Source: a virus (lineage: Duplodnaviria > Caudoviricetes). Taken from it: a DNA stretch of 49,557 nt. The notes below the pieces were generated by a model that was given only the letters and a program-made list of their open reading frames with translations, was not told the DNA's origin and did no database searches. Shown here piece after piece: positions 33,210-40,879 of this stretch. Position numbers and translations under genes: made by a program. The number at the start of each line of letters is the position of its first letter. The stretch's first letter is position 1. Where the stretch lies: positions 1 to 49,557 of IMG/VR virus record IMGVR_UViG_3300037755_001060. The stretch is one strand, 5' to 3'.

Positions 33210-33627
33210 GACACCCGATATGAAATTCCAGTTCCAGATCGACGGTCGCCGGGCCGGGCCGCTGCGCGATGCCTGGGTCGATGCGGCGCACGACGCCGTC
33301 AGCAATGGCTACGCGTCGTGGCGCGGGCACGAGCTGGCGCTCGACGAAACCCAGGGCGCCGCGATCGCCCGCCTGCCCTGTCCGACTGCGGATGCGTCCG
33401 TTCCGCCTGGCACGCGGGAAGAGCGCGGCGGACAATTCATGGCCGGACTTGCCGAACTCACGGCGCACACCGGAATCTCGGTCCACGGATGTGGGTGCTG
33501 CGGGTCGCCTTTCCTCGTGGATCAACTGGGCGACGGGCAGATGCCGGGCGCCTACGAGCACAAGATCGACAAGGAGGGGTTGGCCGAGAATATTGGATGG
33601 AAGGCACACAAGCCCGCCGAGGAATGA
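33202..33627 (+). CDS. hypothetical protein (GCGCCGSP motif)
   Basis: F...L.ELT..TGI...GCGCCGSPFL, a recurrent phage motif; AAGGAG RBS. Confidence 0.7.
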   Translation: MPKTPDMKFQFQIDGRRAGPLRDAWVDAAHDAVSNGYASWRGHELALDETQGAAIARLPCPTADASVPPGTREERGGQFMAGLAELTAHTGISVHGCGCCGSPFLVDQLGDGQMPGAYEHKIDKEGLAENIGWKAHKPAEE

Positions 33628-33631
33628 CGGC

Positions 33632-34003
33632 ATGGACAGGAAGCAGCATAGCTACGCGGGCGCGGTGATGGGCGGGCCGTGGGGCGGTGTGTTTTATGCC
33701 GGCCGGGCGTCATCATTCGCCGTGCCGAGGCGGGCGACAGGCTTTTCCTGGTCGACGCCGCGGGCGGACGGTAACAAGCCGGTGCGGATCGAGCGGCATA
33801 TCTACCACTGGGAAACCCTGTTCCCCCACATCGACGGCGTCCTCGGCTTCTGGCGGCACGAGAGCCTGGACGCCGAGGAATGCCGCGCGCTGCTCCTCCA
33901 TCTCTATGGCGAGATCCGCGCGGCGCCCACGCAAGCCGAGCTCGCCGCCTTAGTCAAGCGCGCCGAGGAGCATCGCCAGCGCAAGGTTGACGGCGCGGCC
34001 TAG
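33632..34003 (+). CDS. hypothetical protein
   Basis: GGPW.G ... Y.W motif; last + strand gene before the convergent late operon. Confidence 0.6.
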   Translation: MDRKQHSYAGAVMGGPWGGVFYAGRASSFAVPRRATGFSWSTPRADGNKPVRIERHIYHWETLFPHIDGVLGFWRHESLDAEECRALLLHLYGEIRAAPTQAELAALVKRAEEHRQRKVDGAA

Positions 34004-34362
34004 ACCCCCGGCACCGGATAGAAGAAGCACCGTATCGCGCCGCCCGGGTAGCGGCAGGCCCAGTAGTCGCCGGTCCGGGAGCGGTAGACGCCGCGCGCGG
34101 TGCGGGGGATGAATTGGGGCGCGGGCGTGTCGGGCAGCGAGATGAACCAGCCGTCGTTCGCCTCGATCACCGCCCCGTCGGGCAGGCGGGCGCAGTCGTC
34201 CCGGCCGCAGCAATGCACGCCGGACGCCGACTTGTAGGCGGGCTCGCTCTGGATCCACGCGGCGTCGCCATGGCCGAGCGCCGCGCCGGCCGCGAGCAGC
34301 AGCACCAGCAGCAGGCAGGGCAGCCACCGCCGGGGCCGGTCGAAGCGCACCAAGGTGTTCAT
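34000..34362 (-). CDS. secreted Cys-rich protein
   Basis: Signal peptide; CC..DDC, S..G.YWAC, IRCFF.P. Confidence 0.7.
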   Translation of the reverse strand: MNTLVRFDRPRRWLPCLLLVLLLAAGAALGHGDAAWIQSEPAYKSASGVHCCGRDDCARLPDGAVIEANDGWFISLPDTPAPQFIPRTARGVYRSRTGDYWACRYPGGAIRCFFYPVPGV

Positions 34363-34507
34363 CCCCAGATCATCGCGGCGACGAAGCACGCCGCTACCGC
34401 CAGGATGCCGAGGGCGAGCAGGCCCTTCCCCAGCATCCGGGCGATCGTGTCGGTGGTGCGGCGGAACGCCGCGTCGTCGAACATGGCGGGCGCTTCCGGG
34501 CCCGGGC

Positions 34508-35488
34508 TCAGTCGGCCAGGATCTGATCGACCAGCAGCCCGATCGCCGCGTTGAGCTGCGCGCGCTGCTCGGTCGACGGGTCCTGGCCGGCCTGGGCCAT
34601 CGCCTCGACCAGCGCCTTGGTCTGCCTGGCATCGATATAGGTCGCCGAGCCGACCGGCAGCGCGACGAGCAGCGCGCCCAGCCCCTTCATGATCGCGGTC
34701 GCGGCGAGCGCCGCCGAGCCCGTCGCCGCACCGGCTGCGCCCGGCGTAGCCTCCGGCGAAGCCCGGGTCGACGGCCGGTCTATATCACGCAGCGCGGCGG
34801 CGGCCAGCCGCCAGTCGGCCACGGCGGGCGCGGCTACTTTTGCGTCACGCGGCGCGGCCGGCGCCCCGGTCGCCGTGCCCTCCGCCCCGGTCGGCGCCAG
34901 CAGGGTGCCGAGGATGGCGTAGACGCTGGTCAGGGTGCTGGTCGCCGTGCCGATATAGATGGCGACGTCGGGCTGGCCGGCCAGCGCGGCCGCGTCGGCC
35001 TGGTCGAGCGAATCGCGCGCCAGCACGACCGCCTTGCGCAGGCCCTGGACCACCGTCGTGTTGCTGCACGCGGTGGCCGCGGTCGCGACGCCCTGGCAGC
35101 GCGGCAGCGCCTCATAGGCCGAGGGCACCGCGAGGGTGACGCGGAAATCCTGCTTGGCCGCGTAGACCTTGAGCGGCGGCGTGACGCCCTCGAGATCCCG
35201 CGTCGCGAAATACGCGCAGCCGCCGAGCGCGACCACGGCCAGCACCAGCGCGATCAGGCAGGCGAGCGGCGCGGCGCGGTGCCGGGCACCGGTCGCCTGG
35301 ACCTTGTTGCGGGTCAGGAAGACGAGCACCCAGCCGGTCACGGCGCTGCCGGCGAGCTGGACGAGCTCGGTCAGCGCGGCCTCGACCGTGTCGAGCGCCG
35401 GCATCTCGCCGAAGCCGAGCCGGGCGGTGGCATAGGTCACGAGCGTGGCCAGGGCGCCGGCCCAGGCCTTGTGCGACGTCATGGTCAT
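34508..35488 (-). CDS. lysis-region membrane/lipoprotein (holin-like N-terminus + internal lipobox)
   Basis: Two N-terminal TMs ending RNK, then LVLAVVALGG-C, and a further hydrophobic segment; directly after the endolysin. Confidence 0.6.
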   Translation of the reverse strand: MTMTSHKAWAGALATLVTYATARLGFGEMPALDTVEAALTELVQLAGSAVTGWVLVFLTRNKVQATGARHRAAPLACLIALVLAVVALGGCAYFATRDLEGVTPPLKVYAAKQDFRVTLAVPSAYEALPRCQGVATAATACSNTTVVQGLRKAVVLARDSLDQADAAALAGQPDVAIYIGTATSTLTSVYAILGTLLAPTGAEGTATGAPAAPRDAKVAAPAVADWRLAAAALRDIDRPSTRASPEATPGAAGAATGSAALAATAIMKGLGALLVALPVGSATYIDARQTKALVEAMAQAGQDPSTEQRAQLNAAIGLLVDQILAD

Positions 35489-35520
35489 GGTCTGTCCTTT
35501 CGGTTCGAGGGCAAGAAAAA

Positions 35521-35673
35521 TTCACCACAGAGGCACAGAGAAGAAGAGGGATTCACCACAAAGACACAAAGGCTCGAAGGAAAGCGCCGCGCGCGGCGCA
35601 ACCAATCTTCTTTGTGTCTTTGTGCCTTTGTGGTGAAAGATTCTTCCTCTGTGTCTCTGTGCCTCCGTGGTTA
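35521..35673. mobile_element. family B palindrome with a nested variant copy
   Basis: Outer ACCACAGAGGCACAGAG arms enclose inner TTCACCACAAAGACACAAAG...CTTTGTGGTGAA arms. Confidence 0.8.
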
Positions 35674-35690
35674 ACCTTCCGGTACGGCGC

Positions 35691-36236
35691 TCAGCGGTCG
35701 GCGGCGACCTGCCACAGCACGGCGCGGCGGTGGGTGTCGATGACGCGGCGCGCCCAGCCGAAGCCGTAGAAGACGAAGGCCTTGAGCGCGGCATAGCCGG
35801 TCAGGCGCAGCGCCATGAAATCGATCAGCACCGCCTCGGGCGCGCGCGCGACGGCGGCCAGGGTGACCGGGCCGATCGCGCCGTCGGCGCCAACGCCGGC
35901 CGCGCGCTGCAGCCGCTTGATGGTGGTGGCCGCGCCCTGGTTGATCGCGCCGTCGAACACCGCAAGGTCGAGCCCGCCGGGCAGCGCGTCGCACCGGCAC
36001 GGCGTCCAGAAATGGTCCTCGAAGATCGAGCGCGCGTCGTTGGTGCGGTCGCCGTCATCGTCCTGCCGGCGCAGCGCCAGCACGTCGGCGCGCGTGAAGC
36101 CGAGCGTCCGGCCGATGCCGAGCAGCGCGACGCCGAACCGCGTCAGCCCGCCCGGGTCGTTCGGGTCGTCGGTGACCGCCGCGCCGCCCTCCCACTTCTG
36201 GACGTGGTCGAAGGCGGCCTGCCAGTTGGCGCGCAT
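35691..36236 (-). CDS. endolysin, glycoside hydrolase family 108 + PG-binding domain
   Basis: EGG....DP.DPGG.T.FGV, FW....CD.LP.GLD..VFD.A.N.G, LQRA.GV.ADG.IGP.T, G.GW..R. Confidence 0.93.
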   Translation of the reverse strand: MRANWQAAFDHVQKWEGGAAVTDDPNDPGGLTRFGVALLGIGRTLGFTRADVLALRRQDDDGDRTNDARSIFEDHFWTPCRCDALPGGLDLAVFDGAINQGAATTIKRLQRAAGVGADGAIGPVTLAAVARAPEAVLIDFMALRLTGYAALKAFVFYGFGWARRVIDTHRRAVLWQVAADR

Positions 36237-36237
36237 G

Positions 36238-36426
36238 TCACCGGCACCCCATGGAGGCCCGGAGCTGCAATCCACGGGTCAGCAGCGACGACGCCGCTTC
36301 ATCGCTCAACAGCCCCGCCTGTCGATCAGCTTCGATACCCACCATTTCCGTGGCCAGCAGCGCACAGTCGGGTGACGGCTGGCAGGCGACGAGCGGGAAC
36401 AGCAGGATCAGGATCATCCGTTTCAT
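36238..36426 (-). CDS. small lipoprotein (possible o-spanin)
   Basis: MKRMILILLFPLVA-C lipobox, adjacent to the endolysin. Confidence 0.5.
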   Translation of the reverse strand: MKRMILILLFPLVACQPSPDCALLATEMVGIEADRQAGLLSDEAASSLLTRGLQLRASMGCR

Positions 36427-36471
36427 GTCGCGCCTCTGTTTTATGATATCCGCACTGCGTCGCCGGGAATG

Positions 36472-36798
36472 TCAGGCAACCGGCCGGGGCTGCGGTTCCG
36501 GCTCGTCCCCGCCGGCGGTATCGACACAGCGGCCGGCGCGGATGTAGCCGTGCCAGCAGCCCTTGCAATTGACCGACGGCGTGAAGGTCGGCGCCGCTCG
36601 ATCGCCGTCCCAGTCCCATTGCGGCACACCGCCGTTCCGGCCCTGGCCGTCTCTCTTGATCCGCGTGCGGCCGGCGATCAGCAGGCCTTCGCAGCGCCGG
36701 CCGATATGCTTCGGGCAGGCGAATCCGAAACGCTGCTCGGCGCCCGCCGGCGCGTCGTCATAATCCAGCGTCTTGAACGCGACCTTGGCGGCGCTCAT
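36472..36798 (-). CDS. DUF6527-like protein
   Basis: F.CP ... W.WDG....PT.TPS.N...CWHG.I..G. Confidence 0.75.
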   Translation of the reverse strand: MSAAKVAFKTLDYDDAPAGAEQRFGFACPKHIGRRCEGLLIAGRTRIKRDGQGRNGGVPQWDWDGDRAAPTFTPSVNCKGCWHGYIRAGRCVDTAGGDEPEPQPRPVA

Positions 36799-36801
36799 GG
36801 C

Positions 36802-37203
36802 TCAGGTTGCCACGCCGATATGCCGCCAGGTGCCGGCTTCGCTGAGGTGCATCGAGCGGAGCCAGCGATAGCCGCGCATGGTGCTGTAATCGAGGACGCG
36901 GCGCTGGCGGTTGTCGAGGATCCACGTTCCCGTGTCGTGGTCGACGCCGGCGACGAGATGCCGCTCGCCCTGCTCGGTGTCGCATTCGATGGCGCGCAGC
37001 CGGTCGCGGGGGACGCCGGCATCGGCCAGCAGGTCGAGACAGGTCATCGCGAAGGCGTCGCAATCGTCTCGCACATAGTGGGCGCCGGCATCGATCATGT
37101 GCTTGAACGACGTCCAGTGCTCGTCGACGCTGAACACTTCCTTGTCGGCGGTCCAGACGAAGACCTGGCGCACGCGGTTGAAGACGTCCTCGATTACGGA
37201 CAT
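36802..37203 (-). CDS. transglutaminase-like cysteine peptidase (BTLCP) catalytic part
   Basis: D...F...E.W, DDCD.FA, G.P, GE.H.V, ILDNR (Cys-His-Asp triad). Confidence 0.85.
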   Translation of the reverse strand: MSVIEDVFNRVRQVFVWTADKEVFSVDEHWTSFKHMIDAGAHYVRDDCDAFAMTCLDLLADAGVPRDRLRAIECDTEQGERHLVAGVDHDTGTWILDNRQRRVLDYSTMRGYRWLRSMHLSEAGTWRHIGVAT

Positions 37204-37370
37204 GCGAAAGCCTCCGGATCGCGCGCGCACCAATCGCGGTAACCCCAGGGCGACGCCGCCGGGTCACCGGCTGGCAGCGGCTTGCCGGCCGGCGGCGCGG
37301 CGGGCGCGGCCGCGCAGGCGGCGAGCGCCAGCAGCGCCGCGGCGAGCGCGGCGTGTCGCAAAGTTTTCAT
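37194..37370 (-). CDS. small lipoprotein resembling the BTLCP N-terminus
   Basis: Manual: MKTLRHAALAAALLALAA-C...SPWGYRDWCARDPEAFACP; GGAGG RBS. Confidence 0.65.
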   Translation of the reverse strand: MKTLRHAALAAALLALAACAAAPAAPPAGKPLPAGDPAASPWGYRDWCARDPEAFACP

Positions 37371-37387
37371 GATGCCTCCGGGAAAGA

Positions 37388-37411
37388 GGGGCGCGCCGGA
37401 TGGCGCGCCCC
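37388..37411 (-). terminator. intrinsic terminator-like hairpin
   Basis: GGGGCGCGCC-ATCC-GGCGCGCCCC followed by TCTTT on -. Confidence 0.5.
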
Positions 37412-37418
37412 GGTGCGA

Positions 37419-37652
37419 TCAGAGAACGTAGCGGGCGATCGTCTGTCCGGCCTCGTTCATGACGAAGACGTCGCGCTGGTCGTCGCTCATATCCGATAGC
37501 GCCCAGTGCGAACTGCGGTCGCCGGAGAAGTTGACGAGGAGGCCTGCGCCGGGTCGCGTGCCAGGTACGATGGCCTCGAATTCGACGCTAACGACGTCAC
37601 CGAACAGGACGTCGCGGCCGGTGGACCGATGCTTGATCAGAACTGACAACAT
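37419..37652 (-). CDS. hypothetical protein
   Basis: C-terminal VFVMNE.GQTIARY motif common in phage small proteins. Confidence 0.75.
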   Translation of the reverse strand: MLSVLIKHRSTGRDVLFGDVVSVEFEAIVPGTRPGAGLLVNFSGDRSSHWALSDMSDDQRDVFVMNEAGQTIARYVL

Positions 37653-37698
37653 GGCTGCTGCTTCCTTCTTCTGCTATGCCCGGTGCCGCCGGGCGCGG

Positions 37699-37929
37699 TC
37701 ACCCCACGGCGCCCTTGAGCAGCCGCGGGATCCGATCGAGGAACACGCGCGCGTCGGCCTCGGTGAGACGGCCGGCGTGCATCTCGCGCAGGGTCGCCTT
37801 GGCGTCGGCGACGATCTCGAGATAGCGCCCAGGCTTGACGCCGATCTTGACCGCCGCCGCCGCGACCAGGTCGATCACGGCCGTATCGTCCGCCGCCTCG
37901 AGCAGGCGGTCGGTGAGCGTATCCGTCAT
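37699..37929 (-). CDS. hypothetical protein
   Basis: GGAGG RBS, MTDTLTDRLLEAA.... Confidence 0.6.
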   Translation of the reverse strand: MTDTLTDRLLEAADDTAVIDLVAAAAVKIGVKPGRYLEIVADAKATLREMHAGRLTEADARVFLDRIPRLLKGAVG

Positions 37930-37952
37930 GTGAACCTCCAGAGGAAAAGACC

Positions 37953-38135
37953 ACCACAGAGGCACAGAGAAAAAGAGGGGTTCACCACAAAGACACAAAG
38001 GCTCAAAGAAAAAGCGCTGCATCCCGCTGGCGCGCGAAAACCATTCTTCGTGTCTTCGTGTCTTTGTGGTGAAAATCCTTTCTCTGTGCCTCCTTGCCCG
38101 CCATAGCCCATAAGGCGACGGCGGGTGTGGTTAAC
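37953..38135. mobile_element. nested family B palindrome with a family C insertion in its right arm
   Basis: Near copy of 35521-35673, but GCCTCC|GTGGTTAAC is interrupted by 33 bp (38094-38126). Confidence 0.85.
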
Positions 38136-38150
38136 CGTCCCGCGCCGCGC

Positions 38151-38544
38151 TCAGCGCCAGGCCTCGGCCATGAAGATCGCCGCCATCAGCAGGCCCCAGG
38201 CGACCCAGCAGCGCTCGCCGTGCCGGGCCACCGTGGCGATGCGGATCAGCAGCATCGCGCCGGCCAGGGCCAGGACCGTCGCCGCATAGACCGCGTCGAC
38301 CGTCATCACCGCGAGCGGCCGGTCGAGCTGGCGCACGACGTTCCAGGCCTGACCGATGCCGAGGCCGAGCCCCAGATAGGCGACCGCGCTGGCGTGGCGC
38401 GCGCGCTCGATCAGGAGCCGGCGCGTCGGCAGGCCCCGCCGCTCCGCCCGCGCGTCGCGCCATGCCGTCCAGGCGAGCCGGCCGTAATGCCACGCCACCG
38501 CGAGCCCGGTGAGCGCCAGCGTCTCGTTGAAGGCCAGCAGCAGG

Positions 38545-38552
<8 letters not shown>
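38151..38552 (-). CDS. multi-pass membrane protein
   Basis: About four hydrophobic segments; GAGGA RBS. Confidence 0.65.
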
Positions 38553-38756
<204 letters not shown>

Positions 38757-38757
<1 letters not shown>

Positions 38758-38939
38758 CAGCGGTCCTCTTTTTTCTCGAGCAGCGCCGCCAGCCGCGTCA
38801 TCGCCGCCGTCGAGGTCGTCGACAGCTCGATCAGCTTCTTGGTCAGGTAGATGACGTGCCGCCACAGGAAATAGCAGGCGACCAGCGCCATCCCGCCGAC
38901 CGGGCCAAACACCTTGACCAGATCGCTCAGCGATTCCAT
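38757..38939 (-). CDS. small 1-TM protein, possible holin
   Basis: TM followed by a coiled-coil-like charged tail, at the head of the lysis region. Confidence 0.55.
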
Positions 38940-39504
38940 GGCGTGTCCCGGCTGGCAATGCGGCGGGCTTTGCTTTGCCGGGCCGGCGCGCTATAGGCCA
39001 CGAAGGGGCCGGTCTGGAGAGGCGGTCTCACGGCAGTCATGATCGTCACCTCCTTCCAGGTGAGGGTCGTGGTCAGGGGCCGCGCCAGTTGACGCTGGCG
39101 CGGTCCCGCTGTTTAAGTAGGATGGTCGTTCAACCTGGGGAGGTGGATATGCCGTACCCGGAAATGGATGCCATTCTGTTGGTCGCCATCCTTCAATTGT
39201 TTGGGGTCGTCATTCTCGCGGCCTGCCTGGTCGCGCTGGTGGTCCACTGGCTGTGGTGAGCTAGAGTGTCATCCCAGCGATCGGGCGGGGCAGGGTCACG
39301 CTGCCGTTTGCGTTGACGCCGCCGCGGCCCAGACTATGATCGGGGTTATGCCAAAACGACGCGCCGAAGCGGCTGGCCGGGTGTGGCGATGGGTTCGGGA
39401 AGTCGCGCTCGCCAGCGTCTACGTGCTCGCCATCATGGGCGGGTTGCTGGTCCTCGCCGCATTCGGCATCGCCGACAGGGTGATCCCGAACCCCAATAAG
39501 CGCA

Positions 39505-40872
39505 TCAATACCAGATGATCATCAGCCCCGGACGGCCGGCGACGCCGTTCGTCGTGCCCGTGCCGGAGTTGCGACCGCCCGCCCCGCCATGTGCGAAGCC
39601 GGTCGGCGGCGACGCGCCGAACAACGTTGCGCCGCTCACGCCGACCGACGCGGTCGGCAATAAGGTGCTTCGCGCCCCCGGGGCGAACGCCGCCGAACCG
39701 CCAAGGCCTGGTGCGTATCCAGGGTTACCATTCGCAGCGCCGATACCAGCCAACCCCGCGCCGCCGTCGATATTGAGATCGCCGGTCGACGGCGCGCCGC
39801 CCGCGCCACCCGCGCCGCCGGCCGAAGAGCCCTGTGAGCCTGCCGTGCCGCCCGGCGCGACGATCTCGCTGTCGAGCGACGTGCTGCCGCCGTTCCCGGC
39901 GGCCGCACCGGCCGCGCCGATCGTCACCGTCATCTCGGCGGCCGGCGTCACCGCGATGATTTTCTCGGCATAACCACCGGCGCCACCACCACCACCGGCG
40001 CCGCCGTTCTGGCCGGCGCCGCCACCACCGCCGCCGCCCCAGGCGCGGACGTAGATCTTGGTGATGTTCGCAGGCACGACGAAGGTGCCGCTCTCGTCGT
40101 AGATGTTCAAATTGGAGAAGCCGCCGGGCGTCGATAGCGCATCGATCGCCTGCGCGACGCGCAGCGCCGTCATGCCCTTGGTGTTGTTCGTCCCGGTCTC
40201 GGCCTCGGCCTGGCTCGCGATGCCGACCGGGCCGGCGGCAGGCGAGTAGTTGGCGCAGTACCAGTTGCCGGAGCCGAGCGAGACGAACACCGCGACGTCG
40301 CCAGCCGCGGCCTGGATGCTGGCACCGGTCGGCAGGATGAGCGACGTGCCGTTGTGCGTCAGCAGCGGCGCGCCGGTGAAGCGCACGACGCGGACGGTCC
40401 CGGCCTGGACCGTGCCGAGGCCGGTGATGGTCGTGCTGCCGGTGACGTCGACCACGTTGCCGGTCGCCGCACCGATATCGGTGGTCGCGGCCGCCGTGAT
40501 GTTAGAGCCCTTGGCGAAGTTGAGCGCGCCCGTCAGATTGCCGCCCGACGCGGTCAGCGCGCCCGAGGGCGTGAAGCTGTTCGCCGTCTCGTTGACCGTG
40601 CCGAGCGTGATCCAGTCCGAGCCGTCGTAGACCTTGAGCAAGGTCGAGGTCGCGCCGCCCGAGGTGTCCTCCCAGAACATCCCCGCGACGCGATAGCTCG
40701 GCTGCGTCCCGCCGCGGTGCGTCGAGTGAACGGCATCGCGCCACGAATTGAGGTCGCCGGCCAGCGCCGTGCCGGTCTTCGTGCCGGGATCGATCGTGCC
40801 GAAATCGAACTGATCGGCCGATGCCGGCGCCGCCAGCAGCAGCGCCAGCAGGAGATTGCGAAGCAGTTTCAT
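39505..40872 (-). CDS. tail fibre protein, Gly-rich C-terminus
   Basis: P.Y..AG.FW.DTS...LKVYDG.DW, IA..ATTD.GAATG, A.QAEAE.GT.N.K.MT.LR, GTF.VP...GGGGG...G..II.Y; follows J. Confidence 0.85.
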   Translation of the reverse strand: MKLLRNLLLALLLAAPASADQFDFGTIDPGTKTGTALAGDLNSWRDAVHSTHRGGTQPSYRVAGMFWEDTSGGATSTLLKVYDGSDWITLGTVNETANSFTPSGALTASGGNLTGALNFAKGSNITAAATTDIGAATGNVVDVTGSTTITGLGTVQAGTVRVVRFTGAPLLTHNGTSLILPTGASIQAAAGDVAVFVSLGSGNWYCANYSPAAGPVGIASQAEAETGTNNTKGMTALRVAQAIDALSTPGGFSNLNIYDESGTFVVPANITKIYVRAWGGGGGGGAGQNGGAGGGGGAGGYAEKIIAVTPAAEMTVTIGAAGAAAGNGGSTSLDSEIVAPGGTAGSQGSSAGGAGGAGGAPSTGDLNIDGGAGLAGIGAANGNPGYAPGLGGSAAFAPGARSTLLPTASVGVSGATLFGASPPTGFAHGGAGGRNSGTGTTNGVAGRPGLMIIWY

Positions 40873-40879
40873 GCTTGTC

